Source of the DNA: Chrysomallon squamiferum
Taxonomy: Eukaryota > Animalia > Mollusca
NCBI GenBank assembly: GCA_012295275.1
Contig: CM022673.1
Coordinates: 13,268,001-13,332,000, forward strand
Reading direction: 5' to 3'
Length of the DNA stretch: 64,000 bases
The notes under the pieces were generated by a model. The model had not been told where the DNA came from and searched no databases. It saw only the letters and a list, made by a program, of their open reading frames with translations. Shown piece after piece: positions 1-15,075 of this stretch. Position numbers and translations under genes: made by a program. Within the stretch, counting starts at the first letter, position 1. Each line of letters opens with the position of its first letter.

Positions 1-665
1 ATTTGCCACAATTTTTCCAGTGAACAAAACAGTGTTTGAAAGTTCTAGGTAACCTCTTGAATGAAGGAAAAACTATGTACGTCATTAAATACTTCCATTA
101 TACGTTTTTATTTACTTTTTATTTTATTCAGAATGGGAATTTCTTCAACTTGCTTCGCTAATTACTTTCATTATATATTTTATTACTGTTTTTACTGTGT
201 AAATATTATTTGTTGTACTTGATTATAAAGCACACACACTCATTACTCGGGTATTTCAGAGAGATGTCAGATACCAAATATAGATCACGTGCAGTGGGTA
301 GTAAATACAGAAAAAAAAACATGGGTGTGTTGGTTTGATAACATTCAACTTTCTGGTTTCATTACATGGAAAGAATGATTGTTTCTTTGAAGATATTTCT
401 GTAAAGATGTAATTTCATAAAGGAACATGGTTTTCGGTGTGTTTATGTTCTGATGAGAATGCTGATAAGTGAGGGTGTGAAATATTCTGAGTTTTTGTAA
501 TATTTTAAATTACTTTAAGAACAGATTGAAAATTATTTTAAGATTTAATGGAAGAATGAATAAATTTGTGAAATAAAGAAAAGAATGAATTATATGCACT
601 TTTCAAAAGATGGGGAAAAAAAAAAACTGAACTAATAACCTGTCATTTCATAGCCAAATACTCTT

Positions 666-668
<3 letters not shown>

Positions 669-726
<58 letters not shown>
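669..726. repeat. (CT)n(AT)n compound microsatellite
   Basis: Read directly from the sequence. Confidence 0.95.
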
Positions 727-2319
727 AAAAATGTGTCTGACTGTTTCTGTCTGTCTATACATATATATATATAGACAGACACATTTTATTTCTACCCACA
801 TCAAAAACAATGCTAGTACAGCAATAAACAGTTACATTATAATTATAATATTCTTCCATAATTTATGTCACGAGTACAGTCTAAAATAACCAGTGCTTAT
901 TAACCCAGTGTTGTGACAAAACTCAAGTATTTCATGGGGTGGAATACACACATTACAAAGATGATTAGTAACTGGAGAAGTAAAAAGAATTGTTCACTGA
1001 TGTATCTCATGACTTTTTTGTTGTCAGATTCCACAGCTGAATATTTCTATTAATTCCACGCGGGCCACATAATGGCCACAGATTGGAGAGAAGTGCATTG
1101 TAAGCTAGGGGCTAATCCAATGAATTTTTAAACTGGGAGTATTATAACAATAGTCACACACTGTATCAGTCAGTAGAACAGTGTGTAGCAATGGTTAACT
1201 GTGATCCAATGAATATTAAACAAGGATTTTGTGTCTTTGAAAAAAAAAAAAAAAAAAAAAAAGATTTTGTGATCTGTTTAGATTTATGTTCTACGATTCT
1301 TAACTGATAAACATCAAATGAATACTAAATTAGGAATTTGGGTCTTTTTGAAAAAGTTTGTGGTGCTGGTTTGGATGTTAGTTTGGATTAAGCCATAAAA
1401 GAAATATGAATACTTGACTGGAACAGTTGGTCTCTGAAAAATGATTATATGAGTGTCTGTTTAGATATATGGCCTAAGTCTGCTATTCTCACAGTTAAAA
1501 ACAACATCATTGATATTATTAGGGATATTTGGCCTTTCAGAAGAAGGTTAATTTACAAAACCTATATTAATATAAACTGGGGCATTAAAAAAAAAAGGTC
1601 ATGTTTAAGAAAGGTTATGGTTTGTTTAGATACATACATACATATACATACATAGATCCAAACGTGTACATACATTTTAATACATAATACATACATGCAA
1701 AGCTATGAATATACATATATATAAAATGTACTTAAATGGCCACACATGTCTATATTCAAAGCATATTTACACACACACATGTACACCAACATGCACAGTC
1801 ACACAGATAATATATATAACGTAGTAACACACACACACACACACATTTTGTCAAAGAATTAGGGTGTCATGTTTAAAAGTGTCAGTTGTGTTCCTGTGTT
1901 TTGTTAAAGAATTAAGGTCAGATGTAAATTCTGTTAAACACACCTCAACTGGTTTCCACACTCCTCAGAAACTCAGAGCCCAGGTTCTGCGCCAGCCATG
2001 TTTCCACTTCAGTGAATCACAAAGCCAAAAGTTTCTGCTGAATTTCAGAAATTTGTCAAAATAAAATTGCCAGTGACAAAGTTGATTAGCAAAATACCAG
2101 GAAAGGTGAAATGATTTCTACTGGAATAATGAATAATATTTGACACTTTCTGATAATTACAGGCTTATACAACATTGCTAATGGTATAGTATTTGTTTTT
2201 TCATTGTTGTTGTTCTATAATTTTTTTTTTTTTTTATTTATTTATTTATTTATTTATTTTTTTTATTCTGATTTAGAACAATAAACATATATTTTAGGAA
2301 ATTATCATTTTATAATTAA

Positions 2320-2545
2320 AGCATGCTTTGGTTAATAAGATATTATTATGAGAGAAATCTGGTACACATTTTAAAAGGAATTTTCATCAACTGAAATAGA
2401 TCTTTTATATTCACCCACCCATATAGAGCACAGCACATACCAGGACAATTAATATATATTTTTAGTGAGCACAAATGAGGCACTGATGAAGTTTGTTAAC
2501 ATCAAAAAATGACACGAGCATGTTACCACTGAACTACATTTGGTC
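2320..2545 (-). mobile_element. Degenerate tRNA-derived SINE fragment (putative)
   Basis: Minus strand at 2539-2519 reads ATGTAGTTCAGTGGTAACATG, a tRNA box-A-like head. The body (GATCTTTTATATTCACC...AGCACATACCA) resembles, from memory, a SINE common in gastropod genomes. Not checked by search. Confidence 0.4.
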
Positions 2546-2787
2546 GTTAGCCTCAGCTGAAATTTACCCCATTTTTATAAAGTGTTGGGATGTTGTTAAC
2601 CATTTATTCATGTGTTAAAAACAACCCTGAACCACTTGGCCACCTGAAGCTGGAGTCCAAAGAGAGAGTGAGAGATGAATGAGTGTGTGGCTGGGAGACA
2701 GATGTAAAGTGGCTTTTCTTCATTTGGCTTGTCTAACACGGATTAAGTGTCTCTGACACTGTGACAGAGCATCGTGAATCACGTATG

Positions 2788-3270
2788 CACAAAACCCGTT
2801 AGATATTCACAACTCATCTAAACAAAAATACATCTTTACATACACAAAACTCATTAGATATTCACAACTCATTTAAACACAAATACATCTTTACATACAC
2901 AAAACTCATTAGATATTCACAACTCATCTAAACACAAATACATCTTTACATACACAAAACTCATTTATATTCAACCCATCTAACAAATACATCTTTACAT
3001 AAACAAGACTCATTTTATATTCATTTTTCATTCTCATTCACTAAAAACAAATACATCTTTAACTAGGAAGTATAAATGTATAAAGTTATTGATATTCATA
3101 ACTCATCTAAACACAAAAGAATCTTTACAATGACAAAACTAGTTAGATATTAACAACTCATTTAAACACAAATACATTTTAAATACACTAAAACAACAAC
3201 TAGATATTCATGTAAAAATTATTTAAACACAAATGGTTCTTTTTGAAAAGAACAAAACTCATTAGATATT
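2788..3270. repeat. Minisatellite, 55-bp unit (CACAAAACTCATTAGATATTCACAACTCATCTAAACACAAATACATCTTTACATA)
   Basis: Units start at 2788, 2843 and 2898 and degenerate rightwards. Confidence 0.9.
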
Positions 3271-3399
3271 ATTCAGCATAAAGTTAAAAACAAAAACTGG
3301 TTCAATTTGAAAATATAAAACAATGACAAGGAAAAATTCATTTATTATTTTTAACCCATTACATACATTTTGACTTGAACTAAAAAATGAAAGGAATAT

Positions 3400-3975
3400 T
3401 TTAAAAGTATAAAGTTATTTTTCACTATACCACTGGTTCACTGTGAAAATAAATAATGCTATAACTAGGAAGTATACAGTATGTATAAAGTTATTTATAC
3501 TATAACTGGTTCATTTTGAAAAGAACTAAAACAATGACTGAGAAGTATACAGTATGTATAAAGTTATTTATACCATAACTGGTTCATTTTGAAAAGAACT
3601 AAAACAACAATCTAGGAAGTATACAGTATGTATAAAGTTATTTATACCATAACGGTTCATTTTGAAAAGAACTAAAACTGACTAGAAAGTATTCAGTATG
3701 TATAGAGTTATTTATACCATAACTGGTTCATTTTGAAAAGAACTAAAACAGTGACTGGGAAGTATATAGAATGTATAAAGTTATTTATACCATAACTGGT
3801 TCATTTTGACAAGGAAGTATACAGTATGTATAAAGTTATTTATACCATAACTGGTTCATTTTGAAAAGAACTAAAACAACAGCTTGAAAGTATACAGTAT
3901 GTATAAAGTTATTTATACTATAACTGGTTCATTTTGAAAAGAACTAAAACAATGAAGGGAAGTATATAGAATGTA
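3400..3975. repeat. Minisatellite, about 73-bp unit, about 8 copies
   Basis: AGTATACAGTATGTATAAAGTTATTTATACCATAACTGGTTCATTTTGAAAAGAACTAAAAC recurs at about 3471, 3544, 3618, 3688, 3761, 3816, 3889 and, partially, 3961. Confidence 0.92.
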
Positions 3976-5359
3976 TTGGGTGATATATTCACACCAGCTG
4001 GGGTGCACTTTACATCAGATCTAAGACAACTTCTCACCAGGAGTTTACACAGCCATCAATGCCGAGTCTAAGCTGTATGTCTCGAAAGGATTAAAACTGA
4101 AAAATAAACACCAGGCACAAAAGACTGAGGTCAAAGTATCTGCAATTCAAGACTCTCTGCCACGGTTTTGGTTTCAACTACCAAGACACAGACAACATCG
4201 TCACAACAACATCGCGTTCCCATCTAGTGTCCGTGTTTATTTTCCATAAAGCTAATCTTTTGTTAACACCCCAACCCCGAAACAATCCCAGACTGTTACT
4301 GGAGAAAACATATCCACTTTCTCAGGTATCTCTTGTTGTTTTTATATTGTCTGGAATACATGTATCTAGAGGATTATGGGGAAAAAAGAAGAATTTTTTT
4401 TTTTATGTATAAAATGATTTGTTATGTTAAAAAGTCAAAAGTAATTACAAAATGATCAGATTTTTGAAAGTTATGTAGTCCGCTCTGTTAACATTTAAAA
4501 AGTGATTTCAAAATGATGAGATTTTTTATACATGATTCAGCCTCATATAAATTTAATAAAAGCATCATCAAATTATTAGGATTAACCCCCAAAAATATTT
4601 TACACCAAAGATAAATAAAAAAAATTTCTTTCTTTTTTCTTTTTTGTTACAAATTTCCAAACGGTCAATATGTAAAGATTGCGTTTCACTATCATATAAT
4701 TAAATAATGCATCTTGTTAACAGAAGAAAAAAAAAAAGTCTTTGAAAATATTCTCAGCCTTGCAGATTACATATCTGCTCCATCTTATCTTCATCCTGTT
4801 AAGAGGATTAGAGCTGGGAATGGTATTAGAGCAGGCAATGGTATTAGTGACTTCGATGCATTGGAGTCTGTGACGGTATTAGAGGCCGCAAACAGCATGA
4901 GTGTTTGCTTGGTGACAGAAGAACAGTGATACAGAAATCTATCTGAGTGAGCGCTGTGACAGTTGTCGACTTAGTTCACGCTGTCGAGATGGGGAAGTTG
5001 TAGTGTACATGGTCCCTGACCCACACCAGCTTGCTTGCCGATGTCCCCCATATTCTCCGTTAAACCCAGTTACAAATGTTTCCTTGTAATCACTTGTACA
5101 ATCACAGGTACAGTGTTTTTATTCATTGCAAATTCACAATTTTTTTTGTACTCACTTTAACAGAAATACAGTATCCTTTTCCTTATAATTATACAATTAC
5201 AATTACAATATTCTGTTTTTCCATCTAGTCACTAAAAACAATTAGAAATATAATTCTTTAAATTCATTTTTTTTTTTTTTAAATAAATGTATTTTGAAAT
5301 ATTTTCTTACATAAATACTTACAAATATATTCTAGAGTTTGTTGTAACCTATTTACAAT

Positions 5360-5760
5360 ATTTACATTATTATCATTACTAGACATATTAACTATATTAT
5401 CATTAGATGACATTATCATTAGGAAACATTTATTATATTATCACTAGTCACATATATATCAACATTAAGTGATGTATTGTCATCATGTGAAACCTTGCTA
5501 TATTATCATCAGATAATATCTTTACTGCATTATCATTAGCTGATACATTTACAGTATAATCAGAAGGTGAAAATTTACTTTATTATCATTAGATAATATA
5601 TTTACTATATTATCATTAGCTGACAGATTTATCATATTATATTTATCATATTATCATTAGATATTATATTTACTATATTAGCATTAGCTGACACATTTAT
5701 CATATTATCATATTTACCATATTATAATTAATTAGGTGAAGTATTTATCATGTCACTTTA
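5360..5760. repeat. Degenerate tandem repeat, about 27-28 bp (ATTTACTATATTATCATTAG core)
   Basis: Recurrent TATTATCATTAG core. Confidence 0.7.
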
Positions 5761-6399
5761 CTTTGTTATTTGTTTGCTATGCGAGCACTGAGTAACACAA
5801 TTATCATAATACAACCTGTTCAACATGTTTTCTATCACCAGCTAATATATTTAGTTTCTATTATGATAATTGATATATTTGCATGTTATCATTAAATTTA
5901 TCCTCGAATTACCTCCCTGTGTTATGTTTATGTGTTATTTCACAGTAGTGTATTGTTCTTTCTTATTAAATATTAATTATTATTACACCTGCGAGTGATA
6001 GATAACACAGAGTTAAAAAAATGTGTAAATCATTCTCTTAAAAAGTGCCAGTGAAAAAAATTCATGCTTTTGAAAAATATATTATTACTTCTTTTTTTTT
6101 TTTATCTTCAAATCAAATATATCATTTCAAACCTCAGTCTGACAGATAAAAAAAAATTGAAGAAAAAAGAATTTTAAATAAACCTTTTTTTTTTTTTTTT
6201 TTTTTTAAAAGAGAAGCAAAAACAATTTTTTTTTAATTCAGTCTGTTACTTATGACATTTTGCATTAAAATTTAATTAATATGCTAATTTTGTTCTGATA
6301 ATATTATTATCAAAACTCTTGTGTTCACTATTGATTAACTGGATTTGTCAGTTTGTGTGACATCACTGTACTCACATAAAAAAAAGAAAGATTTTAAAA

Positions 6400-6740
6400 C
6401 AATGACATTACAATAATATTTGACATTAAGATACATATTACCAAATTGACATGAAAATAATTATTACTGCACTGACATTAAAAATGTATCACATTGACAT
6501 TAAAAATACATATCACTACAGTAACATGAAAATATCTACTACCATACTGACATTAAAATACATATTACCACATTGACATTAAAAATACATATTACTACAT
6601 TGACATTAAAATATATACTACCATATAGACATTAAAAATAGATATTACCACATTGATATTAAAAATACATATTAACACACAGACATTAAAACAGACATTA
6701 ATTACTACATTGATATTAAAAATACATATTAACACACAGC
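6400..6740. repeat. Degenerate tandem repeat, about 26 bp (TTGACATTAAAAATACATATTACCAC)
   Basis: GACATTAAAA recurs at about 26-27 bp spacing (6549, 6575, 6602, 6628). Confidence 0.8.
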
Positions 6741-9700
6741 CATATCAAAAGTGTTCACATCAGTCTGATTTGTATTATATCCCACCAAACCAACAGATAT
6801 ATTCCATAAAATTTTTTAAAAAAATTCAATTTAACAGTGCACACTGAACCCTTCCTGACTTACCAGTAGTATTTTACTTTATGTAAATGACATGGATTTT
6901 ATTTTTCTCAGCAAAACGTCCCAGAGAAAGGTATGTGTCAACTAGGCAAGTTGAACTTCAGAACCATATTTTGTAAAGGTAATAAAGTTTAGATAGAAAA
7001 GAATTAAAAATTAAAAATTAATATAAATGGGAACAGAACAAAGTACCCAAAGTACAATACTCAACTTTCATTTTGTGAATTAAAAATTCAAAGATAATGT
7101 ATGTGTCAAAAATAAATACATTTTTTTATTTGTGTTTTTTTAAAAACTAAAACATAGTGTTAAAGAACAACAAAACTTTAAATCCTGTGGTGTTAAAAAT
7201 AATGTATAATGATGGGTGTCAAAAATTCTGCTTTAAAAACAGACCAAAAAAAAAAAAAAAAAAAAATCAAAACCTCTTTTATTTAAAATGACAAAAATAT
7301 TTTTAAAAAAAAAAAATTAGATTTCACTAAAAGAAAACAAGAAAAAAAATGTTTTAATTCTAAATAATATGGATAGCAACAACAGAATTTTTTTTATAAA
7401 AAATGATCAAATTATTGTTGTTGTTTTGTTGTTGCTGTCATAATAAAATTTTAATTAAAAAAATTGTAAATATTAATGTTACTCAAGGTAAAACTATTTA
7501 AGAACATGATAATACTTCGTATATAAAACAATACTAAACCTTGTAACCATATATTAATAATGAGTACTATTAAAACACTATACAGCTGTATATTATTGCA
7601 TTATTAATGCTGTTAATGACTTTTGTGTTACAGAATATTTTTCAGCAAAACGTTTAACCTGTAAAATATATTATAATAAAAACGGCAAAAATTAAAAGCG
7701 ATAGAAACACAAATTCAATAACTACACTCCACATATGTCACATTCTACTGAATTACTTAATAAAATAGCCTTTACTTGACTTTATATTTTGACAGTTTCC
7801 TCAGATTTTATGAGATACGTTATTTAGGATACTAATAGATTTTCACATAGCTCAGAAGTAATATTGCTTATAAAAACATCTAGATATGGTTATAAAAGTT
7901 TTAATGTAATTAATATAAACTTTTTGACAAATATATCATTTTGAATAGTAATTCTTTTGACGAAAATTATTATTATTTTTTTTTTTTTTTTTTTCCTCTT
8001 TTTAAAATTAATACTGGTAACTTATTAAAATATTTTAATGTATTCGTTATATTTAGACATTATTTATGTTAATGGATTCAGTAAACTGATTTTTAGCAGA
8101 TCTACATGCAGAAATATTTTAGTTGAAATAAATATTTTTATTCTGAATCCTAACAGTTTTTGTTTTATTTATTCATTATGTATTACATTCAATATATATC
8201 TGTTTAAAATAATATCCATTTAAATATTAGTAAATTCAGACTAAAAAAAATTAAACCTTTCTTCTCTCTATCATTCAATCATTTTCTCACTCTCTCTATC
8301 CTGTCTTATCTCCCACACTCTTGTGTGCTATCTCTCACTCTTTCTCTCTCTCTTTTCATTTTCCTATGAACTTTATGACTTTTTCCAAAAACCTTGAAAA
8401 TCCAGACGCACTTTTCAATGTCTAATTAAATGAGAGCAAGAAAAGCTGGCTTTTCGAGGCATTAAAGTCTTTTATGTTTGCAAAACGAACTGCACTAAAT
8501 CCAATCAACACAGTAAATCGTATTACCATCTAGATATAAATTACTTTCAAGTTGTTAGAATTAGTGTTTAACAGAGCAACTAATGCAAAGGATTTGGATT
8601 TGTACTATTCCAAATTCTGCTTCTTTCGGCTTAATTACCTGCAGCTACTTACAGGTGCATTTCTCAGACAGGTATGTCTGCAAGAGTGACACAGGTGAAT
8701 ATAATCCTCATCTTAAAACAGTTTACAGGTATAAAGAGGTTTTTATTTTTATTATTTCAGCAGGTTAATATCACATTCTTATTTAATTATTTAATTTAGC
8801 TGATTAATTAAAATACAATAACATATCCAATTAAAGACAATACAAAGATTAATATTAAATTAATACCTTTTCTTTAATTAACCACAGGTTTTGGAGGTTT
8901 TTTTTTTTTTGAAATTGAGATTATAATGCAACATCAAGCTGTTTAATAATCAGTCAAACAGCACAAGCTGGAACTGAAAATAAATTTAGTTTGAACTGCT
9001 CTTTTTGTTTATACAAGTTCAAAGTTCACATGAGATGAATAAAATATTTTTTAAAAAATATTTTTGAAACTAACAAAATGAATTAAAAATATATAACAAA
9101 ATAATAAAATATAAAAAATAACAAATCACAAACAAAATGTAAAATAACAAATAAAATATAAAATATGAAATCACAAATAAAAGAAATAAAAAAAAAATCG
9201 AACAGAAGAATATGAAATCACTTGTACAATACAAAAAGGAAAAAGAAATTTATAAATATATATAAAAAAGTTCACAAACAGAATTGTGTTGGGTGAACTA
9301 TAAGTGATGTTTGTCACGAATTCGCAACAACTTTGCTGAGAACTAGGCAGGTATTTTACACTCTATTAAACAGACAAGCTCTCGACACAAAACTGTATTC
9401 TGCTTCAGTAGTCGCTTTAATATCAGCGTGTATGTGATGTCTGCTAGTGCAGTATCACTCTTATCGTACACTTATCCCCACTGCTCATTCAGTGAACAGT
9501 CTCTTCTTCATTTAATCACTGAAAACTCTTATCACCTCCTCCCAATCCTGCACCCACGGAGGGGATTAGACACACAGCAGGGGCCACTCTGACCACGAGA
9601 TGACCAGAAGTGACCAAAAGATTAGGATGGAAATACTGTTTAAAAGGCAGTTGGAGATAAAATACTTATTGTGTTGAAATATCAGTGGAGTATGCTTTAG

Positions 9701-10558
9701 TAAACATTTTAAAGGACAGGTTTAAAAACAGTAATAAAAAATAAAAAATAAAAATAATTCAAAACGCATCGACGACATTTCTTTATTTATACTTCTTTAC
9801 AGGTATTTACGTCTGTACGTTCCTGAACACACAAATAAATAATATGATGTTCTATGAAATTATATTTTTTTACCGAGTCGATGCCTTTAAGAACTTAATT
9901 AAAATTTGATTTAAACTTGCCGGGCATTTCTCAGTGGCAGACGATCTTTTTCAGTTGCATTTTAAACATATAAACAAAAATGTCAAATGTCACTTTTAAA
10001 ATAATTTATTCAACCTTTTTCATTCTTTTTCATTTCCCTCGATATTTTTTCTTTTCTTTTCTTTTCTTTTTACTTTAAAAAAAAAAAAAAAAAAAAAGAA
10101 GAAGAAATAATACTGACGTTTTTGAATCACTGAATAGCAAATTACGACTAAAATTTCTGACGTAGAGATAAAAGTCGTTTGTTCAAGTTCGGCTCATCTC
10201 GACCATTTCGTGATCATTCGATATCGTCCGTAAAGCGATCCGTGAACAAAACAATTTGTATTGAAAAAGAAAACCGATGTCTAAAATTAGTACCGGTCAT
10301 TTCCGAGATCAGAGGAAAATTTTTTACAAAAAAAAAAAAAAAAAATGAAGAAGAAGATGAAGAAGAAACAGAAACAAAAACCAGACTATTTCAAAAGAGA
10401 TTTCTTTTGCAAAGAAATTTCCACGTTCTTCAGCATGGTTTTAAATAAAGTACTATGTTGCACGACAAATATTTACACATATATGATATCTTCAAATAGC
10501 GACATCATCATCACAAATAATGTATTATTATTATTTAATTTATTATTATTGATACACC

Positions 10559-10606
<48 letters not shown>

Positions 10607-10868
10607 AAATAACAAGAAATAAACTGATTTTATAAATGATCTTCAGAACAGTGTATGTCTCCTTTATTTTTACTATCTGTTCAGATGATCCTGATGGTTT
10701 TATATATATTTTCCTTTTTAATTTTTTAAACACATTTTGTTATTAATATTCCGTGTTAACATATATATCATATATATCATTAGTTATAGTTTGTTTTTGT
10801 TTTGTTTTTTTTCTATAAAAATTTACTATAATATCCCAAATAAATAAATATATTATCATAACTACGTT

Positions 10869-10872
<4 letters not shown>

Positions 10873-10920
<48 letters not shown>
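10873..10920. repeat. (AC)n microsatellite
   Basis: Read directly from the sequence. Confidence 0.95.
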
Positions 10921-10922
<2 letters not shown>

Positions 10923-11562
10923 ATAAAAAGTAAACCGAAAACATTTCTACGATTAAACTCTTCCGTCTGAACTCCAAGTACATTTTCCCGGGTGACGGTT
11001 TTAACACACTGGTGGGAAACCTAATAATCGTGAAGTGCAAGTGGGTGGTGGACAAGGCGGAGCAGACGAGTAAATACCGCTCGGTTTAAAACGGAGCAAA
11101 CACAATAAATTATCAACAAGAGGTTGCTCGTGTAAGAACGTAATAGATGAAAGTCAAATAAATATTTATACAGTATACGTAACAAATTAGGCAAGGGTAT
11201 TGGGCTTATTTCTATTGGTGGGGTGGGGGGAAATAAAAAAAAAATATAAAAAAAAATATAAAAAATATAAAAAATATAAAAATATATAAAAAATACAAAA
11301 ATAATAAAAATAAATTAAAAATAATAAATAAGTAAATAAATTAATAAATAAATAAAATTTATTAGTTGAAAACATTCAGAAATTGTTTAAAATACAGATG
11401 TCGGTGAAATTATTTTTTTTGAAGAAACAAATGAATGTTTTTAAAGACAGCAAAGAAAAGATAAATATAAAGAATATATTATACACACACATTTAATTGT
11501 AGAACAAAATATTTTAATATACATTTAATTAAAACCATAATAACAACAATAATAATAACAAC

Positions 11563-11596
<34 letters not shown>

Positions 11597-12932
11597 GCCC
11601 TAATAATAAATAAAAAAAAACAAGTAATAACAATAAAAAAATAATATATACATCTATACATGCGTAACATCATTAGTCAGTGTACTATTTTCAACTATGT
11701 TACGTCACGCATATAAATATTTCACATGCAGCGGCCAATAACTTAAAGGTCTCACGCCACAGTAATATTCTGTGCGTTACTAATACGAATGCAGTTTCAT
11801 CACAACTCGCTACTGCCAGGCTCTCATATCGGTTACGTATGGCGGTCTTGCTTGCCATAGCTCGGTTATTAATGATCACGAAACAAACTTGGCGCATGCC
11901 TTCATTCGCTCGTTATCAAACGACATGAAACAAGCAGACAGCTAGGGGTATAAAAACTCGTGTATCAAATGGATTGGTAATGTCGTTAGCCGTCGGGACT
12001 CGGTCATACTCTCTCGTTTATCATTAGGGCTAGTGTCAGTTATAAACAATAGATCCAGGTCCTAATTATTTTTACCAATTAGTATTTAATAAACAGAACA
12101 GAACAGACGCAGCATAAGGAATGTATGAATTAAAAACTATTTTTAAGTTGACAGAAATCCTATGAATGAAAGAAATAACTAAAAATAGAAAGAAAAAAAA
12201 TATATATATATTTTTGACTCAGTAAAAATCCATTGAAATAAATTTATTATTTCAACTTATTTATGTATTTTAATATCAGAGTTTGATAAATAATATTAAT
12301 TAATGAATGTCAAAAACATATTTTCAAACTGCAGAAACCCTAATAATTTCTTTAATTAGTGTTCAATTCATAATATATATTTCTTTTTATTGATAAAAAA
12401 ATAATAATTTAAAAAATGTGTTAATTTAGAATAAAAATTTTGAAATAATAAAACCAGACTGTAATTATTCACGTTAACTGGTATTTAACAGATATTAAAA
12501 ATAACTATAAAAGTTTAAAAAAAAAAATAATAATAATAAAAAATAAAAATTAATATATTATAAATTTAAAACGAACAAAAATTAACATATGAGCATTAAA
12601 ATAAAATCAAAGTCGCTCACATTAATCCATTATATATGTATATAATTTAAACTTCTGTGTTTTTCATTTAAATATAATTATACTAATGTAACACTTCTTA
12701 GAAACATCGACAGTAATTCGATATTCTGTGTAAATCGCATTATGTAATTATATCGATATTAACGTGACAAGTCTTCATTAAACTCGTTTATTCTCCAAGC
12801 TATTTTAGTGAAATTCGCCTTATTTTAATTACAGGTAAGCTAAATATAAAATCGTTCAGTTTATGGAATAAAAGTTGTCATTAAGGATAAGTGTACGCAA
12901 CGGCTGAACTTTACGGCAAATCACTGATTTAC

Positions 12933-12968
<36 letters not shown>

Positions 12969-13499
12969 TACATACATACGCAAAACACACACGCACACAT
13001 GCGCACATACACATACATATGCACATATGCAGCAAAAAAATGTAAAAAAAATGATGTAATTTATAACAATATACAAGATAATTTAGATGATACAAATTTG
13101 CTTTATGATAAGCTATTAAAGTTACTGTGACTTGAGGAATGAGCATTAAAAAACCTATTGGAACTGAAAAGTAGACTGCAAACAAATTACGCCATTCCTC
13201 TATTACATAAATAATCACAAGCGTACCCTTTTTCTCAGTATTTTATAACATTTCTTATATAAAATCAAGTTTTACAAGTACGTTTGAAATTAACTTGGTG
13301 TCGGTTTGCGTGTGCGTGTGTGTGCGCGTGATAAGAATATACAGAAATAAAGATCTAATACTTAATTACAGTTTGTTGCATGTCCCGAATACACGTACAC
13401 ATTTAGCATCGTGTAATTTGTTGCTGTTAAAATCTGCAGATATCTTCTGAGTATTCGTATAGTGTGTGGTATTACATACCCACGTTAACATTCATACAT

Positions 13500-13920
13500 C
13501 CAGTGAATGGAACACATGTGTTTGGTATGAAATACAATTTAGTATTACATGCACTGGTATTAAAATAGACGAATATGTGCATTGTATGAAATATACGACT
13601 ACCAAAAATCATAGATTCTGTACCTCGTATCCACGCTTATGATACAACGTCTAATAGTACATACTTCACAATGCATAGCTATCTAATCCCAGATAAATGT
13701 ATATGATACGAGTTACAACATTTAATATTATGTATGATGCTACTAATCCATAGATCTTTAGTCGCTACTATGATACGATATACAACATTTAGTATTATGT
13801 ATGATTTTATTAATACAATTCATAAATACTGAATTCCGAATACACATTTTATAAAAGATCCCAAATATACGTGTATAATACGAATTACATGTTTAACATT
13901 ACGTACATTTTTACTGTTAC
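13500..13920. repeat. Old degenerate repeat (ATACGAnTTACAACATTTAnTATTATGTATGAT-like copies)
   Basis: Related segments near 13705, 13772 and 13878. Confidence 0.5.
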
Positions 13921-14145
13921 AGTTCTAAACGCTTTGATTCCCTAAAACACGTGGGTTTTTTATATGAAATTCAGTTCACATATAGCGAACGTTATTAAAA
14001 TTCAGAGTTTTCAAAACAGAAAACAGTCACCATATTTAATTGTCAGTTTTTGCCTACAGGTACATTTGTCCGATAAAATTATTATTAACAGTTGTGTGGT
14101 TATTATTTGTTAAGCTTATGTCCACTGTGAGGTTAATTGTATGTA

Positions 14146-14148
<3 letters not shown>

Positions 14149-14197
<49 letters not shown>
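14149..14197. repeat. (TG)n microsatellite
   Basis: Read directly from the sequence. Confidence 0.95.
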
Positions 14198-14201
<4 letters not shown>

Positions 14202-14822
14202 AAATAAATATATATATTTATGTAAATGCCTGTATTTGGGTATGTATGCATGTATATGTATACACTGTATTTGTGGATGTACATATGAATGAATGAATGT
14301 GTGTTTATGTGTATATGTGTGTTTATATACCTGTATGTGTATGTTATAATTATGTGAATGTGTTTATATACATATCTGCTAAGTAGATTATGTAATAATT
14401 AAATATACACTGTGTATAATTACGCTTAATTTTCTTACGTCACAGAAATAATTCTACGAGTTCGTCTTATCAGTGCTAACGATAAGTGGATAGAACCAGT
14501 CAGATGTTCTACGTTGTCACACTGTGCTATATAGTATCAACGTCATTATAGTATTTTAAATATTACGTTTTCGTTGAGGACATAACACACATATGCTTAC
14601 ATACCCATAGATGTAACATATGTAAGTACTTATTTTCATACATATAGGACAATGATGATGTATAGACATATACATACATTCACATAAACACATCATACCT
14701 ACTTACGTAGATATATACATGTATATATATATATTTATATATATATATTTGTGTATATATATATATGTATATATATTTGTGTATAGGTATATATATATTT
14801 ATATTTAGTTACAAACACACGC

Positions 14823-14853
<31 letters not shown>

Positions 14854-14922
14854 CACAAACATATATATATATTATATATAAATACATATATATATATAAA
14901 TACATACACATAATACACACAT

Positions 14923-14961
<39 letters not shown>

Positions 14962-15075
14962 AACACACATTCACACGCGTAATTATATTTTCCGAAAACA
15001 TATACAGTGTATACCTGTAACAAAATACAGGTAGCATTTAAATATCAGTTTTAAAAAGAGGTGAAATGTACTCAC

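Noticed and set aside
728-787. Inverted repeat TGTCTGTCTATA...TATAGACAGACA
   Set aside because: Centred on an (AT)n tract and built from simple-repeat units; no sign of a transposon or structured RNA.
1092-1112. GTGCATTGTA, matching the 5' end of miR-33
   Set aside because: The match stops after 10 nt and no precursor hairpin is evident.
4714-4929. 71-aa ORF with an IRAGNG repeat
   Set aside because: TTG start, no recognisable domain, and the repeat is explained by an 18-bp DNA tandem; antisense within the inferred ephrin intron.
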